This document shows, in pieces, positions 9,079 to 19,550 of a stretch of 20,000 bases of DNA (position 1 is its first letter; every line of letters starts with the position of its first letter). This DNA comes from Ancylonema sp. (taxonomy: Eukaryota). The position numbers and the translations under genes were made by a program. Below the pieces are notes generated by a model that searched no databases, had not been told where the DNA came from, and saw only the letters and a program-made list of their open reading frames with translations. The stretch covers positions 45,662-65,661 of the forward strand of contig JBFLGF010000152.1 in the NCBI GenBank assembly GCA_050230475.1, given 5' to 3'.

Positions 9079-9212
9079 CAACGTCCTTTAAAAACGACAA
9101 ATATGTGAGTCGATCGTACCAAACAAAACTAGCAACAAAATGCAACTCCGAAGATGAAAGTGGAACGCGCGGTGGTGGGGGAGGTAACATGGATTGCTCC
9201 AGACGTAGGTAC
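9079..9212 (-). mobile_element. right half of the older minus-strand CRE-like copy (ORF end + proximal 3' UTR)
   Basis: Minus strand encodes LRLEQSMLPPPPPRVPLSS, matching LRLEQSMALLPPPP at ~8874-8915. It stops at the TSD, exactly where the 6631->6543 fragment resumes. Confidence 0.88.
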
Positions 9213-9254
9213 AAGTTCTGAGTTTCAGATCTTGGCACCGTAACTGTTTCAAGA

Positions 9255-9892
9255 CGAGCAATTCCGCATCTCAATCTGCATGAGATGCGAATGGTGGCTA
9301 TGCACTAGATGGGTAATGTACTAGTCTTTGCGGCGGTGTAAGACGTCCATAGCAAGATGGACGTTTCTTCTACAATACTTAGGTCGGCATTGTTGTTGCG
9401 GAGCATACCATAGACGACTTGATAGAGCATGCCGCGATACATGTTGTTGTCGTCGTTGCAAGTGCGGAGCGCATTTTACAATCCTAAGATTGTCATCGCA
9501 CACTTAAATGAAATTCGTGCCCTTCCCACTTGGGACATAAGGTGCCATATTTGTAACGTCCAATCGATTCTTGATCGGGTGTGCAATGGCGGCCTCTAGG
9601 GAGTGTGCGAGATCAAAGCCCTTTGTTGGCTCCCTGTCCACATGGGTCCGTCCGACAAAGTCAATAGCACCGCAACGTTCGCCAACGGACATGCTACCCA
9701 TGCTAAAGATGTTCGTCTATTTAAATCTATGGCTTTGTTATTCCAACCCCCCGCAACACGTTTTACTTTCCTCTACGGGGTTGCATGATGTTTTCAATTT
9801 TGTCGAGTGCGTTCGATTATTAGGGTTGGCAAATAATTATCATTTGGCTGCTTTTTAAGATTTGTGGTTTCTCATAACATGTGTTCTTGTAC
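9255..9892 (+). mobile_element. highly decayed 3' copy of the same CRE-like family
   Basis: ggtcggcattgttgttgcggagcatacc ~ ggtcgacattgttgttgcggaccctacc; FVPFPLGT*GA…NRFLIGCAMAASRE ~ IVPFALETYGA…DRFLVECA…ASRE; HATHAKDVRLFKSMALL ~ YAIHARTLRLEQSMALL; 3' UTR similarity continues to ~9892. The 5' boundary is approximate. Confidence 0.8.
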
Positions 9893-10335
9893 GTCGTCTT
9901 CAGGTAGTCTTTTGGAGTTGGTAGCATGGTCCACAGTCCCGAGGCTGTCAAAATGTAGTCTTGAGCCCGAACTAGTCTGGAGCATCCTCGGTTTGGATTG
10001 GTCGTGTGTGAGAATGCGAAATGCAAAAAGCAAACCAACAAATATTTATGTCGAGATAGTTAAATCTTTTTGAGAGGAGATGATGGATGTTGCATCTTTT
10101 TTTACACTCCTCTTCATGAAAATGCCAGGATGACGCATTCGTCAATTGGATCAATTAAGATCTCAGGAGTAATGGTGGACTGTTAGCATACATGTAACTT
10201 GCAATAAATTATATTTTTAAAAAGGATGATTGAGACAGATACACATGAAACAGAAATGGAAGCTCCGTGAAGGACGTTGCACTTCGACAAAACACCTTGT
10301 CGTGCTATGTCAGCTTGGTCTCTGTATTACAACAT

Positions 10336-12002
10336 TTAGAGGTTTACGGCAAGACGATCTGTATGGCCCCCCACATAACGCAATAGTGCTTGATGTTTTA
10401 CACTCTCCAGATTTGTGCGGATTTCAGCTGCTAGACGTTGCTCAACCAAGGCCACGGGAAGCCACCGTTGAGGTGTCACCTCCACTATGTATGACAAAGT
10501 CGATACAGCTGCATCGATCGAACCTACCTGCAATCATGGACCAAAGTCAAGAGTCAATCGCATGCAGTCAGACTCGACAAGAACAAATGCAAATGTATTG
10601 CACTTGTTGAACACAACACTTCGATCCTACGCCCCATACCAAATGTTACTCGACCTGATTAGATCCACAAATATGTGTGCTCTCACTCGTTTATAAACTT
10701 CATAGATACAACTTGTCATTCCTAGACAATGTTAGGTTGTTGCGCCTGCATGTTATTTCTTTTCTTCCAACAAACAAATTATATTTCAGGTGATACAAAA
10801 CACAAATCTTACAAAACGATCTCACGAGAAAGTTGCACATATATTTCTCACCGTTTCTTCCTCGAATAATATCCTTTACAGCCATCCATCCGCATAGTCC
10901 CACTACCTCGCACTTAAGCATACAATCACAATCACAATCACAATCCCCCCGTTTCATGGTCAGGTTGAGTTTCCCCACCTCTTCGATCGTCCAAGTCCCC
11001 TTGAAGAGTTTAAAATCTCCCTCTACTTGGGTGAAATTTATGGCCCGCTGAACACGCCCATCCCCTGCTGCTCTCTCCTCCTGCTCCTCCACTTCCACCA
11101 CGGCGCGGGCCTTGAATTTGAACCCGAGGGCCACTTCCTGCTGACCAACCTGAAACATGAAACATGAAACATGAAACATGAAATATGAAATATGAAACAT
11201 GAAACACGTCTGAGAGATTGCAGGGACTGAGGGAGCCCTCATGCTTCTAAACTTCACTGTCAAAAATTATAACATGAAGGAGTCTCGTAACAATCAGCAC
11301 AGTCCATTGCTTTCTTTGTAAGACATTTCAAAACACTCGCCGGCGGGGAGCTTTCACACATCGAAATCGTTTCTTGCATCCACTATCGGCAATAATGGAT
11401 GCCAAAGTAAGGGCTTGCTCAGACCCAGAATATGTTGATTTGTGATTGTGCTGCATGGCCAGGGAGGCCATCCAGCCATACTTAGAGTGGGAAAAGGGTT
11501 ACCAGAAAGGCTGCCAAAATGGTACGGATGTTGTCATCACCTGCAAGAGACGGGCGCCAGTCGGGCGGCGTTCGATCACTTCATTCACAGCGAGGCTGGG
11601 AATAAAGTCTCCCAGACGCGTGTAGTCTGTGAGCACTTCCCATATAGATTCCAAGGGGGTTGCGATCCGAATCCTAGCAGATACTCGGCGGGTGTTCGGC
11701 CCCGTAACTTCCACACTCCACTCATTCCCATCGTGGCTCGCTGAATTCCCACTCGCTTCACGGTTTTCAGCAGGATGTACAGCGTGACACGTTGCTATGA
11801 GTAAACCATTCGAACGACCTCCGTTATCAAAAAAGGGTGTCCGGGCGTTCTTCGAATTTGGCCGCTTGAAATGAATGGCATGTGTGGTACAGCTGAAATC
11901 CGGAAATGGTCGGCTGTTATCTAGGGCTACATGAGAGAACGGGGGAAGCGCAGCATAGGAGAAGAGTCGTTGCGAAATCCCAGGTGTGACAGGCAGGGTC
12001 AT
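10336..12002 (-). CDS. START/SRPBCC (polyketide cyclase/dehydrase, lipid-transport) domain protein, copy A, 3 exons, 274 aa, probable organellar transit peptide
   Basis: Exons 12002-11541, 11149-10979, 10527-10336 (GT..AG, phase 0, 825 nt). Motifs RRVSARIRIATPLESIWEVLTDYTRLGDFIPSL, ARLLQVGQQ…FKARAVV, INFTQVEGDFKLFKGTWTIE, TLSYIVEVTP…LPVALVEQRL…NLESV. The N-terminus is S/T/R-rich and acid-poor. Confidence 0.88.
11151..11206 (+). repeat. heptamer tandem repeat (TGAAAYA)x8 abutting the intron-1 acceptor of START copy A
   Basis: Eight units here against two (tgacata tgaaaca) at 15039-15052 in copy B. Confidence 0.95.
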
Positions 12003-13401
12003 TGTAGGTGTTGAAGGAATCACTGGGGCGATAATGTGTGTTTGTTAGATTCACATAAGCAGACGTGAGATGGATTCGGCATATCCTGTATGGACAAATC
12101 AAGCGGCCATTAATTTCTGCTTAGTCGTGAAGCTCAGTCCACAGATGAATCCTCGATCTTGTCTACCGTACCGACAATAACAGCAGATCACCCTCGACAT
12201 CGCGGTCTGAGCGACGTCAGACTTGAAAAATATGAAGATCACAGCGATAACCACGTCACATGAGAGTGCTGGCAAGCAGAGGGAGATCCGGCGGGCGAAG
12301 CTGCAGTGGATTCACGACCTGAAATGACTAGTGCCCTCACGGTTTTGGATACCCGTGCTGTACCCTCACTAACAATAACCGGCAATATACCGTCCAACAT
12401 GAACAGGGAGGTTCAGCCCGGTCATCATGTCGGGAACTTGTTTAATTCGCGGAAAGATTTTTTTTTATTTTGCCTATTTCAAATCCGATCGAGTAATGGC
12501 AGTCCTCCCCATGGACCTCAGTGATATGGCTATTCAATTTGATCTACGCAACCCTTGCGAGGGTATGTTTGGAGCATGCATAGGCATTGTGCATGTGCAC
12601 CATTACGGATGTGTATGGAGGACACAAATGATACCAAACTAGTGAGTCAATCCAAAAGGTTCCTGACGCCACATGGATACTTGATTCAAAAGCTTGACTT
12701 AGTCTTGTATACCGAACTTAACAAAACCAACCAATTCTCGATTCTCATCACTTACTTGCCTAACAAGAGATCGAATTGTTAAACTTGACGGTAAAGTACC
12801 GACTACAACCACTGAACAAGAAAAACCTCCCTCCCAAACCAAATAATATACTTCAACCACCTCAACAACGCCAACATGCGAGAGATTGTAGAACCAACAA
12901 AGTAACAAAACCCAAGGCCACTATAGACTCCCCCCCCTACTATGATGTTTGTGATCACACTACAGCACTCCACTTTACTCCATACTCCCTCAAACCTTCC
13001 ACACCAAAATTCACAATTCAAACTTCGACCTTCGACCTTCAACCTCCAATCCTATATCTACGATCCAGATTACACACGTGACGATGCTTTTCCTCTCGAA
13101 ATCGATATGATCCGACCCATACCCTTCCCTTCCCATTCGAGTTTTTGTTCCGTCTAAACGGAACAAATCACCCCTCCATGCCTTCAGAAAATGTCCCCAA
13201 AAGAATATACAAGTTACAGGTACAACCGCGTGCGCATGGAACGTGAGCGGGCGCTGGTCCTGAGGTTTTCTCTCCACCATCGGCCCCAACTTGAAAGAGG
13301 CCAGCGCCCCACGTTCAACTGTTGGCCACATGCCACGCCAATCACCTCCCCCTCTCCCTCATACTCACTTCCCATTCCCCGCCTTCAGCCCCTCCAGGGA
13401 G

Positions 13402-13667
13402 TCACTCAGGTGCAGTAGACAGTCGTAGCTCTGTTGAAGGCTCATCACTTCCCCTCCGTGTCCGTTTCCGCGCCCTCTCATCCTCCTGCAACCACCAAAC
13501 AGGGTAGCTTACCTGTCAGTCCTCCACACGAACACGCGAATCGCAGGTCTGCCCTGTCCTGTCTCTTGCCCACCCACCTGTGCCTCCTGCCCCTCGTTCA
13601 AGTCGGGTAAATCCTGCGTCCCTCTCTGCCGCTCTTCCTGCTCCTCTCTCCTAGGCACAGCAGCAGC
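13402..13667 (-). pseudogene. orphan duplicate of the cryptochrome 3' end (30 codons of penultimate exon, intron, intact last exon)
   Basis: 13569-13667 is identical to 17493-17591. Intron 13577-13486 is GT..AG. Last exon 13485-13402 encodes EDERARKRTRRGSDEPSTELRLSTAPE*. Confidence 0.88.
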
Positions 13668-13668
13668 G

Positions 13669-13785
13669 CGGGGTTGCATATTGTTGCTAATTTTGTCGAG
13701 TATGTTCGATTATCAGGTTTGGCAAATTCTTACCATGTGGCTGCTATTTAGGATTTGTGGTTTCTCATTGCGCACGTTCTTGTAC
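13669..13785 (+). mobile_element. duplicated 3' tip of the decayed CRE-like copy
   Basis: ggggttgcatattgttgctaattttg ~ ggagttgcattttgttgctagttttg (minus copy near 9125-9150). It is the counterpart of 9776-9892. Confidence 0.75.
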
Positions 13786-14231
13786 GTCGTCTTCTGTTAG
13801 TCTTTTGGAGTTGGTAGCATGGTCCCCAGTCCGGAGGCTGTCAAAATCTAGCCTTGAGCCCAAACTAGTCCGGAGCATCCTCGGTTTGGATTAGTCGTGT
13901 GTGAGAACACGAAATGCAAAAAGAAAACCAACATATATTTATGGCGAGACGGATACACAGCTTCTTGAGAACAGGTGATGAATGGTGCATCTTTATTGAC
14001 ACTTCTCTTCATGAAAATTGCATTGTGACGCATTTGTCAATTGGATCAATCAAGATATCAAGAGCAGTGGTGCGGTGTGAGCATACATGTAACTTGCAAT
14101 AAATTACATTTTAAAAAAGGATGATTGAGACAGATATACGTGAAACATAAATGGAAGCTCCGTGGAGGACGTCGCACTTCGACAAAAACACCTTGTCATG
14201 CTATGTAAGCCCGGTCTCTGTACTACAACAT

Positions 14232-15855
14232 TCAAAGGTTTACAGCAAGAGGATCCGTATGCCCCCCCACATAACGCAGTAGTGCTTGATGTTTTACACT
14301 CTCAAGATTTGTGCGGATTTCAGCTCCTAGACGCTGCTCAACCAAGGCCACCGGGAGCCACCGTTGAGGTGTCACCTCCACCATATATGACAAAGTCGAT
14401 TCGGTTGCACCGATTAAATTTACCTGCAGTCATGGACCAAAGTCAAGAGTCAATCGCATGCAGTCAGACTTGACAAGAACAAATGCTAATGTATTACACT
14501 TACTGAACACAACACTTCGATCCTACGCCCCATACCAAATGTTACTCGACCTAATTTGATCCACAAACATGTTTACTCTCACGCGTTTTTAAACTCCATA
14601 GATGCAACCGGCCATTCCTTGACAATGTTAGGTTGTTGCACTTGCATGCTATTTGTTTTCTTCTAACATGCAGATCCTATTTCAAGTCATACAAAACACA
14701 CATCTTACAAAACGATCTCACGAGAAAGTTGCACATATATTTCTCACCATTTCTTCCTCGAATCATATCCTTTACAGCCCATCCATCCACATAATCTCGC
14801 TACCACGCACTTCAGCGTACAGTCACAATCACAATCCCCCCGTATCATGACCAGGTTGAGTTTTCCCACCTCTTCAATCGTCCAAGTCCCCTTGAAGAGT
14901 TTAAAATCCCCCTCTACTTGAGTGAAATTTATGGCCCGCTGAACTCGCCCATCCCCTACTCTCTCCTCCTCTTCCTCCACTTCCACCACAGCGCGGGCCT
15001 TGAATTTGAACCCGAGGGCCACTTCCTGCTGACCGACCTGACATATGAAACACGTCTGAGAGATGGCAGGGACTGAGGGAGCCCTCATGCTTCTAAGCTT
15101 CACTGTCAACATGTATAACATGAAGGAGTCTCGTAACAATCAGCAGAGTCCATTGCTTTCTTTGTGAGACATTTCAAAACATTCGTCGGCGGAGAGCTGT
15201 CACACATCGAAATCGTTTCTTGCACTCACTATCGGCAACAATGGATGCCAAAATAAGAGCATGTTCAGACCCAGAATATGTTGATTCACAGATTTGTGAT
15301 TGTGCTGCATAGCCAGGGAGGCCATCCAACCATACACAAAGTGGGAAAAGGATTACCAGAAAGGCTGCCAAAAGGTACGGATGTTGTCATCACCTGCAAG
15401 AGACGGGCGCCAGTCGGGCGGCGTTCAATCACTTCATTCACAGCGAGGCTGGGAATGAAATCTCCCAGATGCTTGTAGTCTGTGAGCACTTCCCATATAG
15501 TTTCCAAGGGGGTTGCGACCCGAATCCTGGCAGATACTCGGCGGGTGTTCGGCCCCGTAACTTCCACGCTCCACTCATTCCCATCGTGGCTCGCTGAATT
15601 CCCACTCGCTTCACGGTTTTCAGCAGGATTTACAGCGTTACACGTTGTTATGAGTAAACCATTCGAACGATCTCCGTTTTCAGAAAAGGGTGTCCGGGCG
15701 ATCTTCGAATTTGACCGCTTGAAATGAATGGCATGTTTGGTACAGCTGAAATCCGGAAACGATCGGCTGTTATCTAGGGCTACATGAGAGAACGGGGGAA
15801 GCGCAGAATAGGAGAGGAGTCGCTGCGAAATCCCAGGTGTGACAGGCAGGATCAT
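14232..15855 (-). CDS. START/SRPBCC domain protein, copy B, 3 exons, 273 aa
   Basis: Exons 15855-15394, 15037-14870, 14423-14232 (822 nt, in frame to TGA), with the same motifs as copy A. Exon 3 reads VNLIGATESTLSYMVEVTPQRWLPVALVEQRLGAEIRTNLESVKHQALLRYVGGHTDPLAVNL*. Confidence 0.88.
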
Positions 15856-17299
15856 TGCATATATAGTAGGAATCACCGAAGCGATGAAGTATGTACGTTA
15901 GATTCACATAAGCAAACGTAAGTTAGATTCAGCATATCCTGTCTGGACAAATCAAGCAGCCATTAATTTCTGCACAGTCGTGAAGCTCACTCCACAGACG
16001 ACTTCTCGACCCTAACCACAGTGCCGACAATGACAGCTGATCACTCTCAAGATCGCGGGCTGAGCGACAGTCAGACTTGATGAACATGAAGATCACAGTG
16101 TTCGCCACGTCACCATGAGAGTGCTGGCACGCTGAGGAAGAGTTGGCAGACGAAGCTGCAGTGAATTAACGACCTGAAATGGAGGAGTGCCCTCACAATT
16201 TTGGATACCCGTTGTCTGTACCCTCACTAAAAATGACCGGCAATATACCGTCCAACATAAACAGGGAGGTTCAGCCCGGTCATTCTGTCGGGAACTTATT
16301 TTATTCACGGACAGAAAGACTGTTGTTGCAAAAAAGGAGCGAAAGGCGCCTGTTTCAAATCCGATCGGGTACTGGCAGTCCTCCCCATGGACCTCAGTGA
16401 TGTTGCTACTCAATTTGAACTCATTGCAACCCTTGCGAGGGTGTGTTTGGAGCATGCATAGGATTCATGCATGTGCACCATTATGGATGTGTATAGAGGG
16501 CTAACCCTTAGTACATTGATTTAATTATACCAATCTGGTGAGTCAATCTAGAAGGTTCATGATGCCACATGAACACTTGATTCAAAGGCTTGACTTAACC
16601 TCGTATACCGAACTTGACAAAACCAAACAACTGGCTTGATTCTCATCACACGCATGCCTGACAAGAGTTTGAATTGTTAAACTTGATGGTGAAGTACCGA
16701 CCACAATTGCTGAACAAGAAAATCCTCCCTCCCAAACCAAATACTACACTTCAGCTACGCTCAACAACGCCAACATGAGAGAGATTGTAGAACCAAACGC
16801 AGCAACAAAACCCAAGGCCGCTATAGACTACTCCATATACTATGATGTTTGTGATCACACTACGGCACTCCACTTCACTCCATACTCCTCCCTCAAACCT
16901 TCCACACCACAATTCACAATTCAAACTTCAAACTTCAAACTTCAACCTCCAATCTTATGTCTACGATCCAGGTTACACACGTGACGATGCTTTTCCTCTC
17001 GAAATCGATATGATCCGACCCTTACCCTTCCCTTCCCATTCGATGTTTTGTTCCGTCTAAACGGAATAAGACACTCTCCATGCCTTCAGAAAATGTCCCC
17101 AAAAGAATATACAAGCTACAGGTACAACTGCGTGCGCATGGAGCGTGAGCGGGCGGTGATGAGGTTTTCTCTCCACCATTACCCCGACTTGAAAGAGGCC
17201 AGCGCCCCACGTTCAACTGTTGGCCACATGCTACGCCAATCACCTTCCCCTCTCCCTCATTGTCACTTCCCACCCCCCACTTTCAGCCCCTCCACAGAG

Positions 17300-19550
17300 T
17301 CACTCAGGTGCAGAAGACAGTCGTAGCTCCGTTGAAGGCTCCTCACTTCTCCTTCGTGTCCGTTTCCGCGACCTCTCATCTTCCTGCAACCACCAAACAG
17401 GGTAGCATGACTGTCAGACCCAAAACAGTAGTGCTCCTCACAAATATATGAATCGTAGGTCTGCCCTGTCCTGTCTATTGCCCGACCCAAACCCCACCCA
17501 CCTGTGCCTCCTGCCCCTCGTTCAAGTCGGGTAAATCCTGCGTCCCTCTCTGCCGCTCTTCCTGCTCCTCTCTCCTAGGCACAGCAGCAGCCATCGACCC
17601 CCCTGCCCCCGTCTGGTTTGACCGCTCTTGGGCTGCAGATCCCCCCGCGGGGCCTCCCCGGATGTGGGGAGCAAACGATTCTGCTGTGGAGTTTGCGTCG
17701 TCTGTCTCCCTGGGAGCCTCCTGCCCAATGAGAGGCCGCCCCTGCACCCGGCTCTGCTGCTTGGCAGCCAGGGCTACTGAGGAGGGAGGAGGGGCAGAGG
17801 CAGCCAGAGCCTCGTCACTGATCGCCAGGGGCTGCACCCGCGTCCCTTCCTTGGAAGAGTCCTCTGGTGAGGGAGGCTGCACCCCATCCTCGCCCTCCCT
17901 GCAGCTGGGGCTCCCCCGCATGATGGACTCCGCTGCTTCCACTGCGTTGGGGCTGGGCATGGTGGGCACCATCTGGTCCCGGCGGGAGCTGCCCCCTGAC
18001 TTCAGCTCTGAGCCCTGCGGCCGCACCATGGCGCGGTGGACGCGCATCGTCTGGTGCCCCCTCCCCCCGGTCCCCTGCACCTCCATGGTCTCCCCCAGCC
18101 CCTCCTCCACCCCCGTCTTCCGGGCTGCTATCAGGGCTGACTCCCGCTCCCACATCAGAGCCAGCGCGTCCTGCAGCCTCTCTCGCGCTATCGCCACCTG
18201 GACAATGGGGCGAGGGTAGTTCACCCCGAGCTCCACCCCTGCGGCTCGGAGGACTCGGGGGGGGGCGTCCCAAGGGTGGTGGATCCACTCGGTCGGGACG
18301 CGGGACAACTCAGGCAGCCACCGGCGGACGTACTCCCCGTGCGGGTCGTGCTTGTAGCCCTCCACCTGGCGGGGGGGAGAGGAGATGGTGAGAGGCCATC
18401 TCAGCTCCCTTGCTGACATCATCCCCCCATCGAATGAGAGTCATTGTCTCCATTTCATTGGGGCTCACCTCTGGGTTCTCCATGCGATCCAGATCATGCC
18501 CGTCGGGCAGGGAGCCGGAGATGTACTGCCAGCCGAGCACATCACACTCCAGGTCCGCGTCCAGCAAGGTGTCCCAAAAGTACTTCATGCCCCACCGCCA
18601 GGGCAGCTGGAGGAACTTGACGCAGAAACTCGACACCATGACTCGGATGCGGTTGTGCAACCACCCCGTGGCCCACAGTTCCCTCATTCCCGCGTCCACC
18701 AACGGGTATCCGGTGCGGCCTTGCCTCCACGCCTTGAACGCGGCTTCGTCCACTCGCCAGGGGAAAGACTTGAGGTTGGCCAGCAGGGCTCGCTCATGGG
18801 TGAAGGGGAAGTTGAAGCTGAGGTAGCGAGAGTACTCCCGAAATCCGAGGGAGCGGAGAAAGACTTCCACCGATTCTGGCCCATACCCAACCCCGTCCCT
18901 CCGCCAATCTGCCTGCGCTTTCTTGACCAAATAGAAGACTTTGCGCACACTGATCTCCCCGAAGTGCAAATGCGGCGAGAGAAGGGACGTGGTGGCGCCA
19001 TCTGCTTTGGCTCTGTGGACAGAATACCCGAGCAGCGGGCCTTGAAGAAACGCCAGCACCGTGTTCTCCGCAAACTGCCAGCCTGGCACCCATGCTCGTG
19101 CCAGCAAGGTATTGCTGTCCTTCTCCACTTCATCCTCCATCCCAAGCTGCTCTGCGGTACAACAGGGCAGGGCAACTGCAAAGGCGAAGCAAGGAGCAAC
19201 CACGATGAGGATTCAACAGGTGGCATGGATCACTGAAGCAAAAAAGATTCCTGGTTGTGAGCACAAGGTCTGAAGCATTCAAGATTGAGAGTACCGGACT
19301 ACACTGTGCCCGGCTCCATGCTCACCTAGAGTAGGTCGTGTGGAGGTCAGCATGGGAAGTGGGGCCTCTGGTTGATAGGACATGGACAAACACGTGCTCC
19401 AGAAACCTTTAAAAGTCGTGAAAGCCTGTCCGTCATCATCATACACTTCCCAGGGCTCATACAGGAGGTCCGCATTGAATGTGGTCACCACCACCCCGTG
19501 CTGGGCCATTCCCTGCTTCACCTTGTGGTCGCGAATGAGAGAGACAGGGT
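17300..19550 (-). CDS. CRY: plant cryptochrome blue-light receptor, 3' four exons (5' exons outside window)
   Basis: Exons 19550-19326, 19175-18469, 18365-17502 and inferred 17383-17300. PHR motifs DPVSLIRDH, FNADLLYEPWEV, TSLLSPHLHFGEISVRKVF, LGFREYSRY, GRTGYPLVDAGMRELWATGWLHNRIR, LPWRWGMKYFWDTLLDADLECDVLGWQY, PTEWIHHPWDAP. C-terminal DQMVP, STAES and VP motifs of plant CRY. The last exon is less certain than the others; an unspliced stop would fall at 17475. Confidence 0.95.

Larger units (their letters stand above)
9776..13667 (+). repeat. tandem segmental duplication, unit A (3892 bp)
   Basis: Colinear with 13669-17591 over the whole length, roughly 80-90% identical by eye. Starts cggggttgcat and ends gcacagcagcagc. 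Confidence 0.95.
13669..17591 (+). repeat. tandem segmental duplication, unit B (3923 bp)
   Basis: See unit A. The junction …cagcagc|g|cggggttgcat at 13667-13669 joins cryptochrome exon sequence to CRE 3'-end sequence. Confidence 0.95.

Noticed and set aside
12300..13400. Short ORFs shared by both duplication units upstream of the START genes
   Set aside because: Indels between the A and B copies break the frames, so the similarity reflects the duplication and not coding constraint.
17662..19236. Long + strand ORFs (185 and 283 aa) and similar ones opposite the E1 gene
   Set aside because: These are shadow frames of GC-rich coding exons.
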